A stretch of DNA of 36,050 bases. It comes from Candidatus Sericytochromatia bacterium (GTDB lineage Bacteria > Cyanobacteriota > Sericytochromatia > S15B-MN24 > UBA4093). Below, piece by piece: positions 26,551-36,050 of the stretch. Below the pieces are notes generated by a model. The model made no database searches. It saw nothing but the letters and a program-made list of their open reading frames with translations, and was not told the origin of the DNA. A program made the position numbers and the translations under genes. Location: NCBI GenBank assembly GCA_036676495.1, contig JAKFCT010000098.1:1-36050 (forward strand), written 5' to 3'. Numbering within the stretch: position 1 is the stretch's first letter; every line of letters starts with the position of its first letter.

Positions 26551-27666
26551 ATGACGCCAAGCTTCCGCCCTCTTTTCCATTCCTTCTTCGCCCTGGGCAT
26601 GCTGCTTCCGCTGTTGGCGGGTTGCCAGAAAGCCGATGAACCCTCGGCTTCCGCGTCGGGCTCGGACGCTCAGGCCAAGGCCGAGCAAGCCGCGCCCGCA
26701 GCCGCGTCGCCTGCCGCCAAGGTCGATTACCGGATCGCCAATGAACTCGGCCGCGTTCCGGTACTCGAGTACCACCGCTTCGGCCCGGTCGAGGAGCGCT
26801 GGACCCGGACCTACGACAACTTCCGCAAGGATCTGGAGTGGCTCTATAACAACGACTACGTGCTGGTAAACGCCTCGGACTTCGCCGCCGGAAAGCTCAA
26901 CGTGCCCGCCGGCAAGAAGCCTGCGATCCTGACCTTCGACGATTCGACCGAGGGCCAGTTCAAGTATCAGCATAACGCTGACGGCTCGGTGAAGCGTGAC
27001 GAATCGGGCCAGCCGCTGCTGGATCCGAACTGCGCGATCGCCATCATGGACGCCTTCTACGCCAAACATCCCGACTTCGGCAGGGCCGGAACCTTCTACA
27101 TCCTGCCGGGCGCCTTCGAGACCCCCAAGGAAACCGCCGAGAAACTCAAGTACCTGGTCGCCACCGGCCGGGAGATCGGCTCGCATACCTTCAACCACGC
27201 CAACCTCAGCAAGCTCCAACCTGCCCAGATTCGGGAGAACTTGGCGAAAGCCCAGGCCGAAGTGGCGCGGGAACTGGGTTCGAGCTTCGAGTTCCAGACC
27301 CTGGCCTTGCCGTTCGGGATCTTCCCGAAGTCCGACGAGGGCTTCCAGGCGGTCATCAAGGGAGCGGCCGGCGAGCAGGATTACCACCACCGGGCGGTCA
27401 TGCTGGTCGGAGCGGATCCCGCGCCGTCTCCGTTCGACAAGAAGTACAACTCCGCCAAGGTTCCGCGTATCCAGGCCATCGACGACGAGTGGATCCGCCA
27501 CTTCGCCCGGAAGCCGGGCGCGACGGCGCGTAACGAGGAGCGCTTCAAGCCCTTCGTCAGCGACGGTGACGCCCAGAAGGTGACCTTCCCGGCCAAGCTC
27601 AAGGATCGGCTGGCCGAGACCTTCGCCGCGCAGGCGAATCCGGTCGACGCCACGTCGGGTCAGTAG
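26551..27666 (+). CDS. Lipoprotein polysaccharide deacetylase (CE4-like)
   Basis: Lipobox LLAGC, Ala-rich linker, VPVLEYH, ILTFDDS, EIGSHTFNH, LALPFG, VPRI. Confidence 0.85.
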   Translation: MTPSFRPLFHSFFALGMLLPLLAGCQKADEPSASASGSDAQAKAEQAAPAAASPAAKVDYRIANELGRVPVLEYHRFGPVEERWTRTYDNFRKDLEWLYNNDYVLVNASDFAAGKLNVPAGKKPAILTFDDSTEGQFKYQHNADGSVKRDESGQPLLDPNCAIAIMDAFYAKHPDFGRAGTFYILPGAFETPKETAEKLKYLVATGREIGSHTFNHANLSKLQPAQIRENLAKAQAEVARELGSSFEFQTLALPFGIFPKSDEGFQAVIKGAAGEQDYHHRAVMLVGADPAPSPFDKKYNSAKVPRIQAIDDEWIRHFARKPGATARNEERFKPFVSDGDAQKVTFPAKLKDRLAETFAAQANPVDATSGQ

Positions 27667-27678
27667 AAACGAGGAACG

Positions 27679-29157
27679 ATGATGCAACCCAACACGTGGC
27701 TGGCGCTCCTGCTGAGCGCCTCGCTCCTCGGCACGCTCGTGGGCTGCCAGCCCTCGTCCACCCAGGACGGGAAGGCGGCCCAGGGGACGCAAAAGGCGCA
27801 ACTCGCCCCCACTCCCTCGCCGACTCCCTCCTACCCCCCGGATTTCCACCCGGGGTTTGGGGAGAAGCTGCCCGCGGGCGGCTTGTTCGAAGCGGGGACG
27901 ATCCGCCATACCATCCAGAAGGGCCAATCGACGGCCTTCCTGGCGGATCAGTATCTCAAGTACACCGATTACTACACCAAGAACGGCCTCAAGAAGGCCC
28001 TGGTGAAGCATAACCAGCTGGCCTCCGAGGTGCTCTCCATCGGGCAAGTCCTCGCGATTCCAGGGGTTCGCCAGGCACCCTTGAAGGCCGAGCGGGTGAA
28101 GCGCGACGCGACCTTCGACGCGCGCGGCATCTACATCACGCAGACCTCGGCGGCCACCGAGCGGGTCTTCACCCTGGTCAAGGAGCTGAAGCCGCTGGGC
28201 CTCAACACCGTGGTCTTCGACGTCAAGGACATGGACGGGATCGTGGCCTACAAGACCAACGTTCCCCTGGCCATCTCAACGGGCGCCCGCCGCGAGGTGA
28301 TCCGCGACATGGGCAAACTGATCAGCATGCTGCATGATCAGGGCATTCACGTGGTGGCCCGCCAGGTGCTCTTCCATGACAAGTGGATCGCTCAAAAGCA
28401 GCCCCGTCTCGCCCTGCAATCCAAGAAGGGCGGGCCTTGGCGCGAAAAAGGCCGGCTCGTCTGGCTAGACCCCAATAATCCCGAGGTCCAAGAGTACAAT
28501 CTCGCCATCTCCCGCGAGCTCGCCGACCTGGGAGTCGACGAGATCCAGTACGACTACATCCGCTTCCCGGCCATGGGGGACACCCAGAACATCGCTTACT
28601 CCTTCGACCGCGAGAAGGTCCGCAAGGACGAGGTCATCACCGGCTTCTTGAAACGTGCCCATGAGGAGCTCAAGGCCCGCGGGGTCCTGGTCTCGATCGA
28701 CCTCTTCGGCGTGGTCGCCTGGGACGAGGGAGTGGACGTCAAGATCACCGGCCAGCGCATGGAGGATCTCGGCAAGTACGCCGACATCATCAGCCCCATG
28801 GTCTACCCGTCCCACTTCTACCCGCCCTTCGACGGCTTCAAGTACCCGGCCTGGGAGCCCTATTACTTCGTGAACCAGGGCGTGCTCAGGACGGCCAAGA
28901 AAACCGCCGGAACCGGAGCGGTCATCCGCCCGTGGCTCCAGTCCTTCCCCTTCATGGTGAAGGACCGCTTCAACGCCGATTACGTGGCCACCCAGATCAA
29001 GGCCTCGTACGACGCGGGAGGCATCGGCTGGCTGCTCTGGGACGCCCAGAACCAGTACATCGTAGGCCGGCAGGGCATTGCCCGCTGGAATACCCTCAAG
29101 GCGACCTTGCCCCCGGCGAGCCCGTCCGCGCCGGCTCAGGCCACGGCCAGTCCCTAG
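27679..29157 (+). CDS. Lipoprotein with LysM-like domain and DUF4015-like putative glycoside hydrolase domain
   Basis: Lipobox LVGC; HTIQKGQS...HNQL...LSIGQVLAIP (LysM-like); RGIYIT, VFDVKDMDG, EIQYDYIRFP, ISPMVYPSH, IRPWLQSF. Confidence 0.82.
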   Translation: MMQPNTWLALLLSASLLGTLVGCQPSSTQDGKAAQGTQKAQLAPTPSPTPSYPPDFHPGFGEKLPAGGLFEAGTIRHTIQKGQSTAFLADQYLKYTDYYTKNGLKKALVKHNQLASEVLSIGQVLAIPGVRQAPLKAERVKRDATFDARGIYITQTSAATERVFTLVKELKPLGLNTVVFDVKDMDGIVAYKTNVPLAISTGARREVIRDMGKLISMLHDQGIHVVARQVLFHDKWIAQKQPRLALQSKKGGPWREKGRLVWLDPNNPEVQEYNLAISRELADLGVDEIQYDYIRFPAMGDTQNIAYSFDREKVRKDEVITGFLKRAHEELKARGVLVSIDLFGVVAWDEGVDVKITGQRMEDLGKYADIISPMVYPSHFYPPFDGFKYPAWEPYYFVNQGVLRTAKKTAGTGAVIRPWLQSFPFMVKDRFNADYVATQIKASYDAGGIGWLLWDAQNQYIVGRQGIARWNTLKATLPPASPSAPAQATASP

Positions 29158-29434
29158 AGCGACCTTCGTTGCCATAGGTCAGCGAGTTTTGCCGCTCAGT
29201 CCTCAGCGACGTGGCTCACGGCTATCGCTCTCTGCCTTTCGCAACAGCCGCGGGCGCTAGTTCACCCCGTCTCAGCCGCCGGCACCGACCTCGGTGCCGG
29301 CGGCGTTTTCATGGGCCTCCTTCAAACGCCCTTCCGGCCTGGCGCAAGAACGCCAGCCGCAGGAGCGTGCCCCGCTGGTGCAGAGACGGCCAATCGCGGG
29401 TATAGGAATCTGGAACTTCTTGCGGAGAGCCTTC

Positions 29435-30595
29435 ATGCCCGAAATTCAGCTGGTCGCTCGCGAGCTCACCTGCCCCGCGTGCGAATCGACCTTCATGCTC
29501 CATACGCCGAAGAGTCGAGCCTTTCAACTCGTCCGGCGCGATGCCGATTACTGCCCCCATTACGAGGGAGTCAATCCCCTCTTCTATCAGGCATGGGTCT
29601 GTCCGCATTGCGCGTTTGCGTCCTACAAGGAGCATTGGAAGCCGCTTTCCGAAACCGAGCGAATCGGCATGCGCCAGCTCAGCAGCGAGGCCAAGGAAGG
29701 CATGCGCTTCGACTTCTCCAAGCCCGAGCGGACGCTCTTCGCGGCGATCCTGAGTTACCAGCTCGCCTACCGCTGCTACCTGCGCCGCATGCCCACGGCC
29801 TACGATCACCTGGCCGGAGTCCAGCTGCGCCTGGCGTGGCTCTGCCGGATCGGCAACGACCGGAAGCGGGAGATCATGCACATGGGAGCCGCCATGGCGC
29901 ATTTCGCCGAGGCCTTCGACCATGGCCGGAACCTCTCGATGAGCGAGGGCCGGATCGCCTACCTTCTCGGGGAGCTCAACCGCCGGGTCGGCAACGGCGA
30001 GTCGGCGGTGGAATGGTACATGCGGGCGATCAAGGCGGATCCCTCCAAGGGCGAAATCTACCGCATGAGCCGGGATCAGCTCTACGAGGCCAAGGAGTCC
30101 ATTCGCTTCTTCCAGACGTTGCAGGGAATCGATTTCCTGAAACCGCTTCCCGTCGAGCAGCTCGCGGAGCTCGCACCGCAGATCAAGAACCACCGCATCG
30201 TTCCCGGCGCCATGATCTGCCGCAAGGGGGACGCCGCCGCGAGCATGTTTCTCATCGCCAAGGGCGAGGTCCGGGTTCACCCGGGAACGCTCGAGGAGCC
30301 CTCGGTGGCGACCTTGCAGGCGGGGCAGTACTTCGGGGAAGCTTGCCTGCTGACCGGACAGCCGCGTAACGCCACGGTCGTCGCGGTCCAGGACTGCGAG
30401 CTGCTGGAGATCGATCGGATCGCCTTCCGGACGATCCTGGCGAGCCAGCCCGAGATCGTGGACGAGCTGGTCCGGGTGCACCGCTTCCGGACCGAGCAAG
30501 TCGACCGCTGGCGAAGCGGCCTCTCCCCGGAGGCCTCCGATTCGCCCCAGGATTCCCTCATGGGGCGCCTTCTCAGCTTTTTCGAGCTGCGCTGA
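29435..30595 (+). CDS. DUF2225-like (Cys4 plus helical repeat) protein fused to a cyclic-nucleotide-binding domain
   Basis: TCPAC...DYCPHYEGVNPLFY...VCPHC, LRLAWLCR, YLLGELNRRVGN; then KGD...MFLIAKGEV, FGE..LLTGQPRNATV. ATG 29435 (GGAG RBS). Confidence 0.8.
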   Translation: MPEIQLVARELTCPACESTFMLHTPKSRAFQLVRRDADYCPHYEGVNPLFYQAWVCPHCAFASYKEHWKPLSETERIGMRQLSSEAKEGMRFDFSKPERTLFAAILSYQLAYRCYLRRMPTAYDHLAGVQLRLAWLCRIGNDRKREIMHMGAAMAHFAEAFDHGRNLSMSEGRIAYLLGELNRRVGNGESAVEWYMRAIKADPSKGEIYRMSRDQLYEAKESIRFFQTLQGIDFLKPLPVEQLAELAPQIKNHRIVPGAMICRKGDAAASMFLIAKGEVRVHPGTLEEPSVATLQAGQYFGEACLLTGQPRNATVVAVQDCELLEIDRIAFRTILASQPEIVDELVRVHRFRTEQVDRWRSGLSPEASDSPQDSLMGRLLSFFELR

Positions 30596-30624
30596 GCCCC
30601 CCCTTACCCAGGCCAAGGAGCCCC

Positions 30625-31335
30625 ATGAAATCGACCATCGGCCCGATCATGGCCGCCATGCTGGCGGCTTCTTCGCTCTTTTGCGGGGAGGCCTCGGCCG
30701 CTCCCATCGTCCCCGATCGCCCCAGCCTCTCGACGGGCCCCGAAACGCTCGAGGCCGGGATCTTCCAGCTCGAGCTCGGGACTCGTTTCGCCGGGGGGGC
30801 GCTCGCGTCGGCGGGCTTCGAGGGCTTGCAGCGCTTCGGCCTGGTGCCGGGCCTGGAGTTCCGGGTGTCGTCGCCGCTCGCGGTGAGCGGCACCTCGGCG
30901 TTTTCGAGCGTGTCGCTGGGGGCCAAGGCACAGTTCCTGGAGGGCTACCTGCTCTCGCTGGGAGCGCTGGGAACCGTGGAGTTGAGCCCTCAGGGGCCCA
31001 GCACGTCGCAGGCTTCGTTGCTGGCGACGCTGGGGCTGCCTGCGGGCTACGGCCTGACTTTGAACGTGGGGCCGTCCTGGAGCGGGGCGAGCCTGGACTG
31101 GATCGGCTCGGCCTTGCTCGCCTATGATTCCGGGGACCTCTGGCAGGTCTTCGCGGAGGTCGGGCGCTTCCAGGACCCGGCCGGCAGCGCCCTCGGATGG
31201 GGAGCGGATGCCGGTTTGCAGGTCCTGGTCTCCGAGGACGTGGGCTGGGATATCGCCGTCTTGAAGGGGCTGAGCCCCGAGGCGCCGGACTGGGCCGTCA
31301 CCTCGGGATTCTCCGTGCGCTGGGGCAGCCGCTAG
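30625..31335 (+). CDS. Probable outer-membrane beta-barrel, 'MetA-pathway of phenol degradation'-like transporter family
   Basis: Signal peptide ending ASA; DRPSLSTGPETL...GIFQLELG; amphipathic strands; C-terminal GFSVRW; AAGGAG RBS. Confidence 0.65.
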   Translation: MKSTIGPIMAAMLAASSLFCGEASAAPIVPDRPSLSTGPETLEAGIFQLELGTRFAGGALASAGFEGLQRFGLVPGLEFRVSSPLAVSGTSAFSSVSLGAKAQFLEGYLLSLGALGTVELSPQGPSTSQASLLATLGLPAGYGLTLNVGPSWSGASLDWIGSALLAYDSGDLWQVFAEVGRFQDPAGSALGWGADAGLQVLVSEDVGWDIAVLKGLSPEAPDWAVTSGFSVRWGSR

Positions 31336-31347
31336 CGGAACTGCTGG

Positions 31348-33258
31348 CTACCTGAGGGCCTCGGTGATCACGCGACCGCGGGCATCCGCGGGAGCGGGAA
31401 TGCCCAGGAGCCGGCTGAGCGTGGGGGCGACGTCGATGGTCCGGATGGGCGGGATCACCTCGCCTTGCTTGAAGGCGGGGCCCGCCGCGTAGAAGATCGC
31501 GTGCATGGACGGCCGGCGGGGGTTGAAGACATGCCCTCCGGAGGCCAGCGGGTGGCGCGCCTGGATCATGGCGTTGCCCGTCACCTTGGGGCTGAAGAGG
31601 TAACCCGGAAGGATGTCGAGGTAGAGGTCGCCTCCCTCGGTGCCGCCGATGCCCAGCCCCGGATCGGCCTTGGCGGCATCGTAGACGGCCGTGACCATGC
31701 GGCGGCCGTCGGGAGCCGAGACGGCGGACAGGGCGTGGATCACGCGCTCCTTGACCGCGGGGACGTCGTTGGGAAGGACGATCCCTCCGTGGCTGGCGCG
31801 ATTGATCCAGACGTAGCCGCCGTCATTGAGCGAATAGAAGGCCTCACTGCGCTGGAGGTCGATGTTCCCGGCGGCGTCGAGCATCAGCAGACCGGCTTCG
31901 CGCAGGGCGACGTTGGGGTGGAAGTCCCAGCCGACGCCTTCCATGCCGTGATCCGAGACCACGACGACGTGGCCGGACTTGCCGGCGATCGCCCGCATCT
32001 CCCCGATGTACCCGTCCACGATCCGGCAAACTTCCTCCATGTAGGGCCAGAGCTTGGGGGCGATCGCCGCCCGGTAGACCGGGCTCTCGGAGTCCAGCAA
32101 CCCGTACCACATGTGCTCGGCGCCGTCGGGGTAAGGCAGGTAGCTGAGCGCCAGGTTCCAGGGATAGCTCTTGGTTGCATGACGCAACTTCTTGACCCGG
32201 TTCTCGGTCATCAGGCGCACGGTTTCGACGAAGCGCTCCTCCGCCTCGCCCGAGCCCCCGTCCAGGAGGGTGGGGCCGAGCTTGCCGGTTCCGTAGAGGG
32301 TGGCCGCGCCGGTCGGGACGATGGCGCCCGTCTCGGCGAGCCACTGGGGAACGATCTCGGGCCGGTTCGATTGATCGTGGACGATGGCGGTGCGGTAGAA
32401 GGACAGCCGCGAGAGGTCCGGGGCCATCTCGAAGAGTCGCAGGTGCACGAACGTCGAGACGTCCTTCGAGGCCCGGATGCGCAGGGGAACGCTGAACTTG
32501 TCGGTGGTGCCGGCGGTCGAGCGGCCCGGCTTGAGGCGAATGGAGCCTGCGGTCTTCGCCTTGTCACTCCGCACGATCATGGTGTCGTAGCCGGAGGCAG
32601 GATCCTGGGGATCGTCGAAGCAAAGCGCCCAGAACGGGCTCTCGCCGACCTGGAACGGGAACTCCTGCGCCGCAACCCCCGCGGGAAGGCCCGCCCACCC
32701 GATGGCAGGCTGAAGAGGGGCTTGGGGAGTGATCATGGCGTCGGTGGCCAATAGCCCCGAGTACCCGTCGAAAAGGGTGAGGTTCTTGCCGTGAGGCCCC
32801 CCGAAGCGCCCCCCGTCCTGGTAGGCTTTAACCGGCTCAAGGTGAGTGGCCTGGGTGGCGACGACCCGCTTTCCGTTCTTGGCGGCCGTGATCCAGATGG
32901 GCTCGGCCTTGAGCGCTTCGGCGCTGAAGCCGCTGCGGGATTGGAGCCGCGTACCGCCCGGCAAGGGGACGGAGTTGCCCGTGATGCCGTTGACGTTGCC
33001 GTACGCTCCGGTCCAGAGGGAGGCGTGACCGGCGGCCGTCTTGCTCGGGAAGTTGGTGAGGGAATAGTCGGCCTGGACTCCCTGCTCCTTGAGGGCCGCC
33101 AGGTTCGGCATGACGCCGCGATCCACCATGCGCTCGATGAGCCGCTCGCCGCCGCCGTCCAGGGAGACCAGCAGGATCCGCGGCTCGCTTTCCGCGCGGA
33201 TGTTCGAGGTGCAGGCCAGCAGGCTCAGGGAGCCGAGTATCAGCACGATGCGTCGCAT
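31348..33258 (-). CDS. Alkaline phosphatase superfamily lipoprotein (nucleotide pyrophosphatase/phosphodiesterase-like)
   Basis: Lipobox LLAC; LVSLDG, MPNL, FPSKTAAGHASLWTG, PDGAEH, VVSDHG, IDVAPTLSRLLG. Start moved to ATG 33258. Confidence 0.87.
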   Translation of the reverse strand: MRRIVLILGSLSLLACTSNIRAESEPRILLVSLDGGGERLIERMVDRGVMPNLAALKEQGVQADYSLTNFPSKTAAGHASLWTGAYGNVNGITGNSVPLPGGTRLQSRSGFSAEALKAEPIWITAAKNGKRVVATQATHLEPVKAYQDGGRFGGPHGKNLTLFDGYSGLLATDAMITPQAPLQPAIGWAGLPAGVAAQEFPFQVGESPFWALCFDDPQDPASGYDTMIVRSDKAKTAGSIRLKPGRSTAGTTDKFSVPLRIRASKDVSTFVHLRLFEMAPDLSRLSFYRTAIVHDQSNRPEIVPQWLAETGAIVPTGAATLYGTGKLGPTLLDGGSGEAEERFVETVRLMTENRVKKLRHATKSYPWNLALSYLPYPDGAEHMWYGLLDSESPVYRAAIAPKLWPYMEEVCRIVDGYIGEMRAIAGKSGHVVVVSDHGMEGVGWDFHPNVALREAGLLMLDAAGNIDLQRSEAFYSLNDGGYVWINRASHGGIVLPNDVPAVKERVIHALSAVSAPDGRRMVTAVYDAAKADPGLGIGGTEGGDLYLDILPGYLFSPKVTGNAMIQARHPLASGGHVFNPRRPSMHAIFYAAGPAFKQGEVIPPIRTIDVAPTLSRLLGIPAPADARGRVITEALR

Positions 33259-33379
33259 CTTGGGGGTCCTTTCCGAGCTTGGGGTCGCCAAAGCGGCCGG
33301 GGTCCGCGGGAGAGCGCGTGCGAGTGCCCTCCCATGCTACCCCATGCTACCCGGAAGCGGAGCATGCTATCGTACTGCC

Positions 33380-33790
33380 ATGACAAGTATCGACGTGGTT
33401 GGGGCCCTCATCCTGAAGGAGGGCCGGGTGCTCATCGCGCAGCGCCCCGAGGGGAAGTCTCAAGCCCTCAAGTGGGAGTTCCCGGGGGGCAAGATCGAGC
33501 CGGGCGAAACCCCCGAGCACAGCCTCACGCGCGAAATCGCCGAGGAGCTGGGCCTCCGGATCGCCGTGGGCCGCTGGTTTCAGACCGTGACGCATCGCTA
33601 CCCCCAAGGCCCCGAGGTGAAGTTGGACTGCTACCTGGCACGCCCCGTGGAAGGGGAGCCGCGCGCCCTTCAGTGCCGGGACTGGCGCTGGGTGAGCGCG
33701 GCGGAGCTGGACGCGTTCGAGTTTTCGGAGGCGGACGTGCCGGTCGTCGCGCGCCTGCGGAGTGAAGGCCTGCCGACAATGGTAGAATGA
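33380..33790 (+). CDS. Nudix hydrolase, MutT/NudG-like (d)NTP pyrophosphohydrolase
   Basis: VLIAQRP, WEFPGGKIEPGETPEHSLTREIAEELG (Nudix box), ADVP; ATG 33380. Confidence 0.88.
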   Translation: MTSIDVVGALILKEGRVLIAQRPEGKSQALKWEFPGGKIEPGETPEHSLTREIAEELGLRIAVGRWFQTVTHRYPQGPEVKLDCYLARPVEGEPRALQCRDWRWVSAAELDAFEFSEADVPVVARLRSEGLPTMVE

Positions 33791-33903
33791 ACTGGAAAAC
33801 CGGGAGCGTTCCCGCAACGGAAACCCTTGCCAGGAGTCGCTGAACGCCGCCTCCGGAGGGCCGCCCGGGCCGTGGCATTTGCCGTCGATGAAGAGGAGGT
33901 CGC

Positions 33904-35862
<1,959 letters not shown>

Positions 35863-35886
35863 CTGCAGGCCCAGCCCTTCTCACGT

Positions 35887-35922
35887 CGTCCCCCCGGTGT
35901 CCATGCGGATGCCGGGGGGACG
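35887..35922 (+). terminator. Hairpin after acs
   Basis: CGTCCCCCCGGTGTCC-atgc-GGATGCCGGGGGGACG stem with G-U pairs; no U-tract. Confidence 0.5.
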
Positions 35923-36050
35923 TGGCTCCGTAGGTCTGATTGCTCAAGCAATAATTGACTTCAAAGGAGGGGCTCGGTCCGGGCGGTACGGTCCAACGCT
36001 TCCCTCGAGCGCTTCCCCTGGCTGGAACTTGGATTCTGGTGGGGGCCAGG

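Noticed and set aside
35939-35952. Palindrome ATTGCT-ca-AGCAAT downstream of acs
   Set aside because: Short, single copy, and no gene in the window that it can be tied to.
36037-36050. Minus-strand CCTGGCCCCCACCA resembling a tRNA 3' end
   Set aside because: Only 14 nt at the window edge with no T-loop visible; needs flanking sequence.

Overview
GC-rich, apparently diderm bacterial DNA (it encodes an OPX/Wza export protein and a probable outer-membrane beta-barrel). About 0.65-22.3 kb is a Wzx/Wzy-type exopolysaccharide locus spread over several divergent and convergent units. It holds a priming glycosyl-1-phosphate transferase, Wza, Wzy-like polymerase, Wzc, Wzx and four GT4-like glycosyltransferases. 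Its tailoring set is unusually large: three paralogous CelD/BcsL-like GNAT proteins, an ATP-grasp carboxylate-amine ligase, a CE4 deacetylase and two paralogous secreted right-handed beta-helix proteins. My main candidate for an undescribed system is that this locus makes an amino-acid- or acyl-decorated polysaccharide; this is inference. The EPS locus plus two tandem Cys4 zinc-ribbon Ser/Thr kinases lies between two members of an unrecognised protein family (tail at 1-93 and lipoprotein at 25143-26315). Six EPS transcription units share a CGGTA(A/G) motif upstream of their starts. To the right are a CE4 lipoprotein plus a LysM/DUF4015-like lipoprotein, a DUF2225-cNMP-binding fusion, a beta-barrel, an alkaline-phosphatase-superfamily lipoprotein, a MutT-like Nudix hydrolase and acs. 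I found no CRISPR array, rRNA, complete tRNA or transposase. Family assignments come from motif recognition by eye, not database searches. Several starts were moved from the ORF track to RBS-supported codons.
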